From an uncultured delta proteobacterium (GTDB lineage Bacteria; Myxococcota_A; Polyangia; Haliangiales; Haliangiaceae): 64,000 nt of DNA. Both the position numbers and the translations under genes were made by a program. The stretch is from positions 224,001-288,000 of the forward strand of contig CAVUQH010000003.1 of the NCBI GenBank assembly GCA_963743525.1, written 5' to 3'. Within the stretch, counting starts at the first letter, position 1, and each line of letters begins with the position of its first letter. The notes under the pieces were generated by a model, which was given only the letters and a program-made list of their open reading frames with translations, was not told the origin of the DNA and did no database searches. This document shows, piece after piece, positions 1 to 9,964 of the stretch.

Positions 1-345
1 CGGGCGCACCCGATTGCGGTACAGGGCCAGGCGCTTGGACGACGGTCGAGCGCCGAGGAAGGCCACGTACTCGCCCCACGACAGGTTGCGCAGCGCCGCC
101 AGCTTGAGCTCGAGCAGCGCATTTTGCGCCGCCGAGAAGTCGAGGGCGACGATCGACCTCGGCTGCTGCAGCGACAGCGCCATGACGTTGCAGCCGGCGC
201 TGGTCAGGCACAGCAGATCGTCGTCGGCACCCAGCTCGAGCCCGTCGGCGGCGACCACCGGATCCTCCCAGCACTGGCTGTAGACGATCTTCTGGAACAC
301 CGGACGGTCCTTGACCGTCAACCGAAGTGGCGCGCGAGCTCTCAT
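1..345 (-). CDS. BtaA/DUF3419-family SAM-dependent 3-amino-3-carboxypropyl transferase-like protein (5' part; runs off the window)
   Basis: Not in the ORF track. Manual translation from ATG 345 gives MRARAPLRLTVKDRPVFQKIVYSQCWEDP...LCLTSAGCNVMAL...LDFSAAQNALLELKLAA, with the WEDP, SAGCN and Q-x-ALLELK motifs of DUF3419. ATGA overlap with the upstream stop at 342-344. Confidence 0.85.
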   Translation of the reverse strand, partial: MRARAPLRLTVKDRPVFQKIVYSQCWEDPVVAADGLELGADDDLLCLTSAGCNVMALSLQQPRSIVALDFSAAQNALLELKLAALRNLSWGEYVAFLGARPSSKRLALYRNRVRP

Positions 346-2004
346 GCGTACTGTCTCCGAATCGCGGGGTAGTCGAGCTTGGCGCGATGGCGCGGATCGA
401 CCGGCAGCGCGCGCGCCAGCTCGACCCGGTCGACCAGCACGCCGGCGCGCTCGAGCGCGGCGCGGACCGCCTGCTTGCGGCTGGTCGGCGTCGACAGCGC
501 GCGCAGCGCGATGGCGCCGGGGCTGCGCAGCGGCACCGGTTGCACCACCAGCACCACCTCGCCGGTGTTGGACTGGATCAGCGCGGCGCGGTCGACGAAC
601 GGCAGCACCTGGGCGGCGGCCTCGACTGCGGCCGGGTGGTAGGTGCGCTCGCCGTCGGTGACGATGTCGCCGGTGCGGCCGACGATCCACAGGCGGCCGT
701 GGATGTCGCGGTAGGCGGCGTCGCCGGTACGGTGCCAGATGCGTCCCTGCTCGTCGGCGATCTTGGTCGCCCGCTCGGCCTCCTCGTTGCGGTAGTAGCG
801 CTTGTTGACGTGGTCGCCGGTCACCGTGACCTCGCCGACCTCGCCGTCGTCAACCTCGAGTGCGGCGATGCCGCCCGGGCCTACTGCCAGCGGGCCGTCC
901 GTCGGGCGCAAGAGCTTCAGCTCGATGTGCGGGTCCGGGGTGCCGACGCACAACCCGGCCCCGGCGCGGGTCGACTCGGCGGTGTGCGCGCGCACCGCGG
1001 CCGCTTCGATGGTGGCGATCGGCTCGGCTTCGGTGGAGCCGTAGACCACCAGCAGCTCGCCGTTGGGCAGCACGCCTTCGACCGCTTCGCACAGCGAGAC
1101 CGGCACCGGCGCGCCACCGGTGACCACGCGGCGAACGCCCGCCAGCGGCCGGCGCCGCCGTCGGGCGGCATCGATGATCGGCGCCAGGAACGCCGGCGAT
1201 CCGGACACCACGTTGACCCCGAGCTCGTCGATGGCCGCGGCCAGCGCTGCGCCGTTGACGTCGTTCACGCCACCGCGGCCCATGCGCGGGATCACCGCCG
1301 TCATCCCGCCGCACAGCGCCGACAGCAGGACGATGGCGAACGCGCTCATGTGCACGTCTTCATCCCCGTCGGTGCGCGCGACCAGCCGTTCGATGGCGCC
1401 GTGCTGCGCGGCGAGGAAGGCGTTCGATCGGGTGGCGCCTTTGGGCGTGCCGGAGGAGCCGCTGGAAAAGGTCAGCAGCGCCGGGTCGTCGGGACCGCCC
1501 GCCGGCGCCGGCAGCGGCGAGCCGGCGCCCTCTCTTTCCAGATCGGCCAGGGCCACGGCGCCGGCGGCGCGCGCCAGCAGCGGCGGACCGACGAGGACGA
1601 CGACCGGAACCCGCGCGACCTGGCGATCGATCAGCCGCAGCACGTGGGCCCTGGCGATGCCGACGAACGCCCTGGGTCGGGCGACCCGGACCACGCGAGC
1701 GATCTCGCGCGGCGTTGAACGCCGGCTCGACGAACACGGCAACCGCGCCCAGTGAGGCCACGGCCAGGAGCACCACGTACAACTCGGGCGACATCGGCAC
1801 CAGCACGACCACGCGGTCGCCGGGAGCAACGCCGCGGTCGCGCAATCCCGCAGCAGTGGCGGCGACGCGCGCCGCCAGCGCACCGTACGACAGGCGCCCG
1901 TAGCCGCGCGCCCGGGGATACGCCAGCGCGGTGTGCTCGGGCCTTGTGCCGGCGTGGCGCAGCACCAGGTGGGCCGCGCTGGCCGGATCAGAGGCGACGC
2001 TCAT
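342..2004 (-). CDS. AMP-dependent ligase of the OleC (beta-lactone synthetase)-like subfamily; split by a 1-bp insertion at ~1718
   Basis: The N-terminus of ORF 1360..2004 (…GDRVVVLVPMSPELY…VFVEPA) joins the frame of ORF 342..1883 (STPREIARV…). Motifs FSSGSSGTPKG, YGSTEAEP, WHRTGD and the OleC-type C-terminal PVDPRHRAKLDY. Confidence 0.8.
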
Positions 2005-3025
2005 ACAGGCGGTACTCCTTGATCGTCGTCTCGGGGCTGAGCCAGCCCATCTTCGCCGGGTCGCCGTCGGTGTGCATCAGCGCGCCGACCAGGTCGCGCA
2101 CGCCGGCAGCGCGACGTCCGCTCATCCATCCGTGCATCAGCAGCGGGTAGACGCGCGCCTTGCGGTGCGCCGGGGCCACTGCCACGGTTTTGCAGATCGA
2201 CGCCTTGCGTCCGGCCAGCGGCATGTCGAAGGCGTAGAGGAAGCCGGCCGGCTCGCCGTCGGGCGCCACCGCCAGGAAGCTGCCGCTGCCCAGCGCGCGC
2301 ACCGTCTCCGGTCCGTACAGCGCTGCCAGCTCGTCGAGCTGGATCGGCGAGTACATCCACGCGTCGGAGAACGCCGCGCGCGACAGCGCGTGAACCGCCT
2401 CCATGTCGTGCGGGCCGATGCTGTGCAGGGTGTAGCCGGCATCGCGACAGCTCTGCGCGCGTGCGGCGAAGCCGTCGATCAATGCGTTGACGTTGCCCAA
2501 CCAGTTGGTCGAATAATTCGAAACCGCTGCGAAATCGTCCTGCAACCACAGTTGTGGATAGTGGGACGGATGAAACGGCTCGCCCGGGATCCATTCGTTC
2601 GTCTCGGTCTTGGTGACGAAGCGGTAGTCGTGCCAGGTGGAGAAGTCGATCGGTCCGCGGGCGACGGTGCAACCTCTCGCCTGCAGCCAGCTCATCCCGC
2701 GGTCGAACAACCAGCGCGCGGTGTCGGGCGATCGATCGCAGGCAAAGAATCCGAGCAGCCCGATCGGGGTGCCGTCGTCGTCGGTGAGGCGCGGGTTGAT
2801 CATCGCGGCGATGCGGCCGCGGGCCTCGGGGCCGTCGACGATCACGAGCTCGAGCTCGCATCGGCGTCGAGTCGGGTTGTGATCACCGAGACGCGCGAGA
2901 GTGCGCAGGGCGGTGGGCGCCGCCGGGTGGCGCGCGAGCGAACCCGCGAGCTCCTCGCCGACGGACGCGAAGTGATCCAGGATCGCGCGTCCGTTTCCTG
3001 TGCGCAGGTGATCGCGAATGGCCAT
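1988..3025 (-). CDS. GNAT-fold (YghO-like) acyltransferase-like protein
   Basis: GRIAAMINP, GLLGFFAC, ARGP, EPFHPSHY and KTVAVAPAHR motifs; overlaps the start of the ligase gene. Confidence 0.7.
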   Translation of the reverse strand: MAIRDHLRTGNGRAILDHFASVGEELAGSLARHPAAPTALRTLARLGDHNPTRRRCELELVIVDGPEARGRIAAMINPRLTDDDGTPIGLLGFFACDRSPDTARWLFDRGMSWLQARGCTVARGPIDFSTWHDYRFVTKTETNEWIPGEPFHPSHYPQLWLQDDFAAVSNYSTNWLGNVNALIDGFAARAQSCRDAGYTLHSIGPHDMEAVHALSRAAFSDAWMYSPIQLDELAALYGPETVRALGSGSFLAVAPDGEPAGFLYAFDMPLAGRKASICKTVAVAPAHRKARVYPLLMHGWMSGRRAAGVRDLVGALMHTDGDPAKMGWLSPETTIKEYRLYERRL

Positions 3026-3223
3026 CGGAGCATTGTGCAGTGCAAGCGCAGTGCCCGGTGGCCATTGGCTCGGAGCTTGCTCTTACCCCTGCACATGGTC
3101 ACCTCCGACCCCACTTCCATCCGGCGAAGGGAGCTCGCGGACGTATCCGCTGGATGCACCCTTACGGATGCTACGCACGGACGCGTAAGTGGGCGAAATC
3201 GGACCGGCAAGTCGAGATTCCAG

Positions 3224-4252
3224 GTGGCGACTACTGTTGTTGACGCACCGCGCCATATTGGCGCGATTCGAAGCGCCGTCATCGTCGTTCACGACAAGGC
3301 GCCGCTGGCGAACGCGGGTCGGTGGAAACCTTTGTTCCAGCAGGTCCTCGGGACGGGTGTCACTCTCACCGAAGTTCACGTGCGCCACTTCGAAGGCGCG
3401 ACCGCCGCCGCGCGCGGCGCCGTCGCGTGGGGCGCCGATCTGGTGATCGCGGTCGGCGGCGACGGCACTGCCAACGCCTGCGTCAACGGCATCGGCGATG
3501 CGCCGACCCGCTTCGCCGTGGTTCCCGCCGGCACCGCCAACGACCTGGCCCGGCTGGCCTGCCAGGCGGTCAACCCGGCGCACTCGGATCCCAACGACTG
3601 GCACCGCCGCGACATCGACACCATCCGCGTCAATCGCGGCCCGCGCTTCTACTCGGCCGGCGGCATCGGCTGGGTCGCCGACGTCGCCGACACCGCCAAC
3701 CGCTGGCGCTCCGGATCGGCGATCAAACGCCGGCTGTTCAAGTTGATCGGGCCGGTCATCTACACGCTGGCGTGCATCGCGGTGATCTTCTTTTCCCGCC
3801 GGTTGGGTGCTCGCTTCCGCGTACACTATGTGGATGCCGCCGACGGTCGCGAGAAGTCGCTGACCTTCGACGGCTACGGCATGCTGGTGGCCAACTGCAA
3901 GCAGGTGGGCAAGGCGTTCCATCTGGCGCCGGTCTCGGAGATCGACGACGGCGTGTTCGAGCTGATCGTCTTCCCGCGGACGTCGCGCTGGCGCCTCTTG
4001 CGCGCGGCGCTGATGGCGCAGTCGTCGCGGCTGTTCGATCTGCCGGAGGTGTTCTGGCTGCAGGTCAAGAGCGCGCGGATCGAGCTCGATCGACTGCAGC
4101 AGTTCTTCGGCGACGGCGAGATCCTGACCACCGGTGACCGGTTCGACATCGAGCTGGCCGACACGCCGATGCACCTGATGGGGCCGCTGGTCGAGCGCGA
4201 CGAGGTTTCGGGGATGGGGCAACCGGTCACACAGATCGCCGAGGTTGCATGA
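3224..4252 (+). CDS. Diacylglycerol/lipid kinase family protein (YegS/DagK-like)
   Basis: C-terminal part of ORF 1931..4252, with VIAVGGDGT, VPAGTANDLAR, DDGVFE and DGE motifs. The GTG start at 3224 is inferred. Confidence 0.85.
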   Translation: MATTVVDAPRHIGAIRSAVIVVHDKAPLANAGRWKPLFQQVLGTGVTLTEVHVRHFEGATAAARGAVAWGADLVIAVGGDGTANACVNGIGDAPTRFAVVPAGTANDLARLACQAVNPAHSDPNDWHRRDIDTIRVNRGPRFYSAGGIGWVADVADTANRWRSGSAIKRRLFKLIGPVIYTLACIAVIFFSRRLGARFRVHYVDAADGREKSLTFDGYGMLVANCKQVGKAFHLAPVSEIDDGVFELIVFPRTSRWRLLRAALMAQSSRLFDLPEVFWLQVKSARIELDRLQQFFGDGEILTTGDRFDIELADTPMHLMGPLVERDEVSGMGQPVTQIAEVA

Positions 4253-5257
4253 GCACCAGCCACACCGAGTCGTTGGCAACCCGTCCCACGGCGCCCGAGC
4301 CCAGGCTGCTCGCGGCCTTGCGCGCCTATCTGGCCGAGCGCTTCCCCGTGCCGGTCACGCTGATGCTCAGCGCGGCCACGGCGCTCGGTGCGTACGCGGC
4401 GGCGCAGAGTGACACCATCGGCGCCGGCGCGCCGCTGATCATCGACGGCGGCGGGCTGTCCGGCGTGCTGATGATCCTGTTGTTCCTGCTCCACCTGCGC
4501 GTCTTCGACGAGCACAAAGATTTCCAGCTCGACGCCGAGACCCGACCCGACCGGCCGGTGCAGCGCGGACTGGTCAGCTCTCGGACAGCTGCGCGTGCTC
4601 GGCGCCTTCGCCATCGCCGGCGAGGTCGCCCTGGCGCTGACCGCCGGCGTCGGTCCGGCGCTGGTCTTCGCCGTGGCGCTGATCTACTCGGTGCTGATGT
4701 TCTTCGAGTTCTTCGCCCGCGACTGGTTGGGCGAGCGGCTGGTCGCCTACGCGCTGACCCACACGGTGGTGATGTCGCTGCTGGCTCTGGCGGTCGCGGT
4801 CCGCTTCACCATGCCGCTGGAGCTGGGCATCTCGCCGGCGCTGTGGGGCTTCCTCGCCCTCAACCTGACCTCGTACTGGGCGGTCAACGTCCTGCGCAAG
4901 ACCTGGGCGCCGTCGTCCGAGGTCAACGGCCTCGACAGCTACTCCAAGCGCTACGGCGTGGACCGCGCCGGTCTGCTCGGCGGCGCGCTGCTGATCGCAT
5001 CGGCGGCCATCGGTGGCTGGGTCGGCTGGCTGCTCGGCGGTCGCTTCATCTGGCTGGCGGTCGTCACCGCGGTGACGCTGTGGGGCCTGTACGAGATCCG
5101 CTGCTTTGCGCGCGCCGCCAGCAAGCGGGGCGAAAAGCGCCTCGAGCTGGTCGCCGGCGTTCACCTGATGGTGTTGTTCTTCGGCATCGTCGCCTGCGCA
5201 GCCAGCGACGGTCTGGCCGTCGGCATCGGCCAGCACGGGTTCACCCTGGGCGTGTGA
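4249..5257 (+). CDS. UbiA-like prenyltransferase-family membrane protein; 1-bp insertion at ~4579
   Basis: N-terminal LRVFDEHKDFQLDAETRPDRPVQRGLVS (UbiA-like Asp-rich motif) continues in the +1 frame as LGQLRVLGAF… (ORF 4595..5257, many TM helices). ATGA overlap with the kinase gene. Confidence 0.75.
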
Positions 5258-7998
5258 CGGTGCCGCGTTCGATCCTCGACCCGATCATCGAGCCCGGCGC
5301 CGGCGCCGACGGCGAGCTGGCCCTGCTGGGTGGCAAGGCGCGCAGCCTGTGCGACCTGGCGCGGCTGGAGCCGGAGCGCGTGCCGCCGTGGTTCGCGGTG
5401 TCGGCCGAGCTGTTCGCCGACGCGCTGGAGCGCTCCGGCGTCGAGGCCGAGATGCGCGCGGCGCTCGACCAGCTGTCCGCCGCCGGTCCCGATCGCGTAG
5501 CGGTCGCCGACTGCGTCGCCGCGCTGGCGCCGCTGCTCGGGCAGCTGACCATCGACGCCGACGCCGCCCGCGCCATCGCCGACGCCTACCAGCGGCTGGG
5601 CGGCGGCGAGGTCGCGGTGCGCAGCTCGGCCCTGGACGAAGACGGCGCCGAGCGCTCGTTCGCCGGCTGCCTCGATACCTCGCTGTTCCTCAGCGGCGCC
5701 GACGCGGTGGTCAACGCCGTGGCCGGCTGCTGGCGCTCGGCTTTCTCCGAGCGGTCGCTGACCTACCGCGCCGCCCACCGCGCCCTCGACCTCGACGGCA
5801 TTCGCGTGGCCGTGGTCGTGCAGCGGATGGTCTCCGGCTCGGTCTCCGGCGTGTTGTTCAGCGCCGACCCGTCGCGACCCGGCGACCCCCGCGCGCTGAT
5901 CACCGCCACCTGGGGCCTGGGCGAAGGCGTCGTCTCCGGGCGCATCGCCTGCGACACGTTCGCCGTCGATCGCGGCAATCGTCAGGTGGTGGACCGCGAC
6001 ATCGTCAACAAGAGCACCGCCATCGTCCGCGGCGACACCGGCGGCACGCACGAGGTGGACGTCGCCGCCGAGATGCGCGCGCAGCCGACGCTGTCGGACG
6101 ACGAGCTGCGCCAGCTGGCCGAGCTGGGGTGGAAGATCGAAGAAGCCTACGGCGCGCCGGTCAACGTCGAGTGGACCTGGAGCGAGGAAGGTCCGTGGCT
6201 GCTGCAGGCGCGCCCGATAACCACGCTGGCGGCGCCAGTCCCCGGCGGCGGGCAGAAGCGCCTGTGGGACAACTCGAACATCATCGAGAGCTATCACGGC
6301 GTGACCTCGCCGCTGACCTACAGCTTCGCCCGACGCGCCTACACCATCGTCTACCGCCAGGCGTTCGCGCTGCTGGGCGTGCCCGCCGCCGAGATCGCGC
6401 GCAACGAGCAGACCTTCCAGCAGATGATCGGGCTGCTGCGCGGCCGCGTCTACTACAACCTCGAGTCGTGGTACCGGGCACTGCAGCTGCTCCCCGGTTA
6501 CAAGTTCAACGCCGAGTTCATGGAGCAGATGATGGGCGTGGGCGAGAAGGCCCAGTTCGGCATCGCCCGCCCGCCGGCCGCCTCGGCCCTGCGCCGCTAC
6601 GGCGTCGAGCTGCCGCGACTGGTGTCGTCGCTGGGCCAGCTGGCGCTGCGCTTCGCCCGCGCCCAGCGGCTGGTCAACGACTTCTTCGACGGCTTCGGCG
6701 ACGCCTACGGCGACTTCCAGGAGCTCGACCTGTCGGCGCTGAGCCTGGACGAGCTGGTCGCCACCTACCTCGAGGCCGAGCGGCGCATCCTCCAGCGCTG
6801 GCAGGCGCCGATCGTCAACGACATCCTGGCGATGATCTTCTTCGGCGCGCTGCGCAAGGCGCTGACCAGCTGGGGGCTGGGCGACGCGTCGCTGCACAAC
6901 GATCTCCTGTGCGGCGAAGGCGGCCTGGAGTCGACCGAGCCGACGCGCAACCTGCTGGCGATGATGGTCGATGTCCGCCGCGACCCGGCGCTGTGCGCGC
7001 TGCTCGCCGCGTCGTCGCCGGCCGAGATCCGCGCGCGGGTCGAGGCCGATCCGGCGTTCGCCTGGCTGAGGGTGCGCATCGATCAGCACGTGGCTCGCTT
7101 CGGCGACCGCTGCGTCGACGAGCTCAAGCTCGAGCAGGCGACCCTGCGCGACGACCCGACCTTCCTGTACGGCGCGCTCAAGGGCTACCTGTCGGCGCCG
7201 CCGGTCACCGTCGACGAGATGGAGGCGCGCGAGAAGAAGATCCGCGCCGATGCCGAGGCCCGCGCTCGCGCTGCCCTCGGTCCGGCCCGCCGGCGGTTGT
7301 TCGCCTGGCTGCTCGCCCGCGCCCGCATGCACGTCAAGAACCGCGAGAACCTGCGCTTTGCCCGCACCCGCGCGTTCGGGCTGGTGCGCCGGCTGGTGGT
7401 GGCGATGGGGCAGCGGTTGGCCGCCGCCGGTCGCCTGGCGAATCCGACCGACGTCTTCTACCTCGAGATCGCCGAGCTGGTGTCGTTCGCCCGCGGCACC
7501 GCCACCACGACGGATCTCGCCGGACTGGTCGCCGTGCGCAAGCGCGAGTACGACGGCTACCGCGCCGAGCCGTCGCCGCCCGAGCGCTTCTGGACCGAGG
7601 GCGCCACCTACCTGGCCGCCGGCCTCGACCGCCCGGTGCCCGCGCCGCACGCCAGCGAGGGCCCGGCACGGGCCGGCGACGTCCTCACCGGCATCGGCGC
7701 GTCACCGGGCATCGTCCGCGCCCGCGCCCGGTTGATCAGCGATCCGCGCACGGCATCGCTGCAGGGCGAGGTGCTGGTGGCCAATCGCACCGACCCGGGC
7801 TGGGTGCCGTTGTTCCCGTCGGCCGTCGCCGTGGTCGTCGAGCGCGGCAGCGTGCTGTCGCACTCGGCCATCGTCGCCCGCGAGTTCGGCATCCCCTGCG
7901 TCGTCGGTATCCGCGACGCGCTCGCTCGCCTGCGCGACGGCCAGCTGGTCGAAGTCGACGGCAGCGCGGGCACCCTGACCCTGCTGGCCGACGAGTAG
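5254..7998 (+). CDS. PEP-synthase-like phosphotransferase with rifampin-phosphotransferase-like domain order
   Basis: LGGKA, VAVRSSALDEDG…SFAG, VVVQRMV, WGLGEGVVSG, LQARPIT; C-terminal TDPGW and SHSAIVAREFGIP His-swivel domain. GTGA overlap with the UbiA-like stop. Confidence 0.85.
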   Translation: MTVPRSILDPIIEPGAGADGELALLGGKARSLCDLARLEPERVPPWFAVSAELFADALERSGVEAEMRAALDQLSAAGPDRVAVADCVAALAPLLGQLTIDADAARAIADAYQRLGGGEVAVRSSALDEDGAERSFAGCLDTSLFLSGADAVVNAVAGCWRSAFSERSLTYRAAHRALDLDGIRVAVVVQRMVSGSVSGVLFSADPSRPGDPRALITATWGLGEGVVSGRIACDTFAVDRGNRQVVDRDIVNKSTAIVRGDTGGTHEVDVAAEMRAQPTLSDDELRQLAELGWKIEEAYGAPVNVEWTWSEEGPWLLQARPITTLAAPVPGGGQKRLWDNSNIIESYHGVTSPLTYSFARRAYTIVYRQAFALLGVPAAEIARNEQTFQQMIGLLRGRVYYNLESWYRALQLLPGYKFNAEFMEQMMGVGEKAQFGIARPPAASALRRYGVELPRLVSSLGQLALRFARAQRLVNDFFDGFGDAYGDFQELDLSALSLDELVATYLEAERRILQRWQAPIVNDILAMIFFGALRKALTSWGLGDASLHNDLLCGEGGLESTEPTRNLLAMMVDVRRDPALCALLAASSPAEIRARVEADPAFAWLRVRIDQHVARFGDRCVDELKLEQATLRDDPTFLYGALKGYLSAPPVTVDEMEAREKKIRADAEARARAALGPARRRLFAWLLARARMHVKNRENLRFARTRAFGLVRRLVVAMGQRLAAAGRLANPTDVFYLEIAELVSFARGTATTTDLAGLVAVRKREYDGYRAEPSPPERFWTEGATYLAAGLDRPVPAPHASEGPARAGDVLTGIGASPGIVRARARLISDPRTASLQGEVLVANRTDPGWVPLFPSAVAVVVERGSVLSHSAIVAREFGIPCVVGIRDALARLRDGQLVEVDGSAGTLTLLADE

Positions 7999-8001
7999 CC
8001 G

Positions 8002-8881
8002 CTACTGCGTCGCGCGCTGTTGTTGCTCGCGCGGCGAGGTGCCGAACTTGCGCGAGTACTCGCGGCTGAACTGGTTGGGGCTCTCGTAGCCGACGTCGTA
8101 GGCGACGTCGGAAACCGAGTGCGCTCCACTGGCGAGGAGCTTCTGCGCCTCGAGCAGGCGCAGCTCTTTCTGGTACTGCAGTGGCGTCGTCGACGTGATC
8201 TCGCGGAAGTGCTTGTGGAACGAGGACGGCGCTCATGCCGACCTCGCGCGCGAGCTCGGGCACCTTGAGAGAGCTGCGAAAGTCGCGGCGAATGCGCGCG
8301 ATCGCGCGCATGACCGCGCTCGCGTGACTGTCGTGGCGAAGCAGCTCCCGCAGCATTCCGCCGTGGGGCGCCATCAGCAGGCGAAAGTGAATCTCCTCGA
8401 GCAACAGCGGTCCCAGCACCCGGGTCTCGACCTCATCGCCGGCGATGGCCAGGTAGCGCGATAGGCAGTCGACGAGCGCCGGGTCGGTGTCGTGGGCGGC
8501 GAGCGATTGCGGCGGTGCGGCGTCGGCGCGGCTGTCGCCGACTTCGCCCTGCAGGCTGCGAAGCAGCGCGAGATCGAGCGACACGATCAGCGCCAGGTAC
8601 GGCTCGTCCGGTCTCGCGCGGGTGATGCGCGAGACGACCGGGAGATCGTGAGAGACGACCAGCGATTGCCCCGGACCGACCTCGACGGCGGTATCGCCGA
8701 GGCGGGTTTCCTTCGCGCCCTGCAGAATCAGGCAAACCACCGGTTCGTAGAGCGACGCCGACAGTTCGGTCGGGTGCGGGTGTCGCAGCAGCGCGACGCG
8801 TGGCAGTGGGCTGACCAATTCCTGCGAATCCGCGGCCTCTTCGGCGAAATACGCCCCGACCTGGGCGGTGAGCGACGGCAT
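8002..8881 (-). CDS. AraC-family regulator (YqhC-like); 1-bp insertion at ~8228
   Basis: [14 protein letters not shown]-domain; after GMSA the other frame gives [27 protein letters not shown]…[18 protein letters not shown], ending at TAG 8002-8004. Confidence 0.85.
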
Positions 8882-8953
8882 GTCCACGTGGCGCCTCCTG
8901 CCTTCTACGGTTAGCACGAAGCGCGCACCGAGGGTCCCTCGCGATCGGCTGGT

Positions 8954-8989
8954 GGAGGAATGGGCAGGTATCCCGGAGGATGCGGCAGG
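8954..8989 (+). promoter_or_regulatory. Candidate AraC binding direct repeats
   Basis: GGAGGAATGGGCAGG (8954-8968) and GGAGGATGCGGCAGG (8975-8989), 21 bp apart, between the divergent AraC and AKR genes. Confidence 0.5.
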
Positions 8990-9042
8990 CGCGCGAGGCG
9001 CCGGCTCCGTAGGATGAACCCATCAGTCACGAGGAGCTCAGC

Positions 9043-9963
9043 ATGTCGAACGAATGGGTGAAACTGAGGAACGAGATCGAGATGCCGACCGTCGGATTCG
9101 GCACCTACCTGATCGACAACGACCGGGCCGAAGCCGCGGTGACCGCCGCGCTCGCGGCGGGCTATCGCCACATCGACACCGCCGAGGCGTACCGCAACGA
9201 GCAGGGCGTCGGCGCCGCCGTGCGCGCCGTTCTCGCGGCGGAGGCGGCGTCGCGCGACGACCTGTTCATCACCACCAAGCTGTGGCCGGGCAATCCCGCC
9301 TGGGGCATGCCGTCGAAGACCTACGAGACGACGATCGAGTCGCTGGAGGCCAGCCTCGATCGCCTGCAGCTCGACCACGTCGATCTCTACCTGATCCACG
9401 CGCCGTTCAATCCCGAGCAGCGGCTCGAGCAGTGGCGCGCCCTGGTAGAGTTGCGCCGCCTGGGCAAGACTCGGGCGATCGGCGTGAGCAACTACGACCG
9501 GGCGCACATCGAAGAGATCCGGGCGGCCGGCATGCCGCTGCCCGACGCCAACCAGATCGAGCTGCACCCGTGGTCGCAGAAGCCGGCGCTGGTCGGTTAC
9601 CTGATCGACAACCGGATCGCGCGCATCGCGTACAGCAGCCTGGCGCCGCTGTCAACCTGGCGCACCGCCGAAGGACAGAACAGCGCCAAGACCGAGGCGA
9701 TGCAGGCCGACAGCGAGAGCGCGGACTCGCCGTTCAAGGCGATGGCGGCCAGGTACGGTGTGTCCGAGGCGCAGGTGTTGCTCCGCTGGGCGGTCCAGAG
9801 CGGCTACGCGGTTCTGCCCAAGACCGAGAACCCCGAGCGCATGCGGATGAACCTGGACCTGTTCTCCTTCGCCATCGACGACGCGGACATGACCGCGCTG
9901 GCGACGATGGATCGAGGGGACGGCTTCGCCTGGAGCGAAGGCGATCCGATGAGATCCGCCTGA
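9043..9963 (+). CDS. Aldo/keto reductase (DkgA-like)
   Basis: GYRHIDTAEAYRNE, LFITTKLW, DLYLIHAP, AIGVSNY, NQIELHPW; GAGGAG RBS. Confidence 0.92.
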   Translation: MSNEWVKLRNEIEMPTVGFGTYLIDNDRAEAAVTAALAAGYRHIDTAEAYRNEQGVGAAVRAVLAAEAASRDDLFITTKLWPGNPAWGMPSKTYETTIESLEASLDRLQLDHVDLYLIHAPFNPEQRLEQWRALVELRRLGKTRAIGVSNYDRAHIEEIRAAGMPLPDANQIELHPWSQKPALVGYLIDNRIARIAYSSLAPLSTWRTAEGQNSAKTEAMQADSESADSPFKAMAARYGVSEAQVLLRWAVQSGYAVLPKTENPERMRMNLDLFSFAIDDADMTALATMDRGDGFAWSEGDPMRSA

Positions 9964-9964
9964 T

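Noticed and set aside
3030..3220. Riboswitch or ncRNA in the divergent spacer (short palindromes such as GCGGACGTATCCGC)
   Set aside because: The stems are short and match no RNA family I can recognise; an Rfam search would be needed.
4249..7998. 1249-aa UbiA/PEP-synthase fusion
   Set aside because: It results from the extra base at ~4579; the middle is out-of-frame Arg-rich sequence and the proper frame stops at 5257.
5254..7998. Rifampin resistance gene
   Set aside because: Only the domain order matches; the context is biosynthetic and I saw no rifamycin-associated element.
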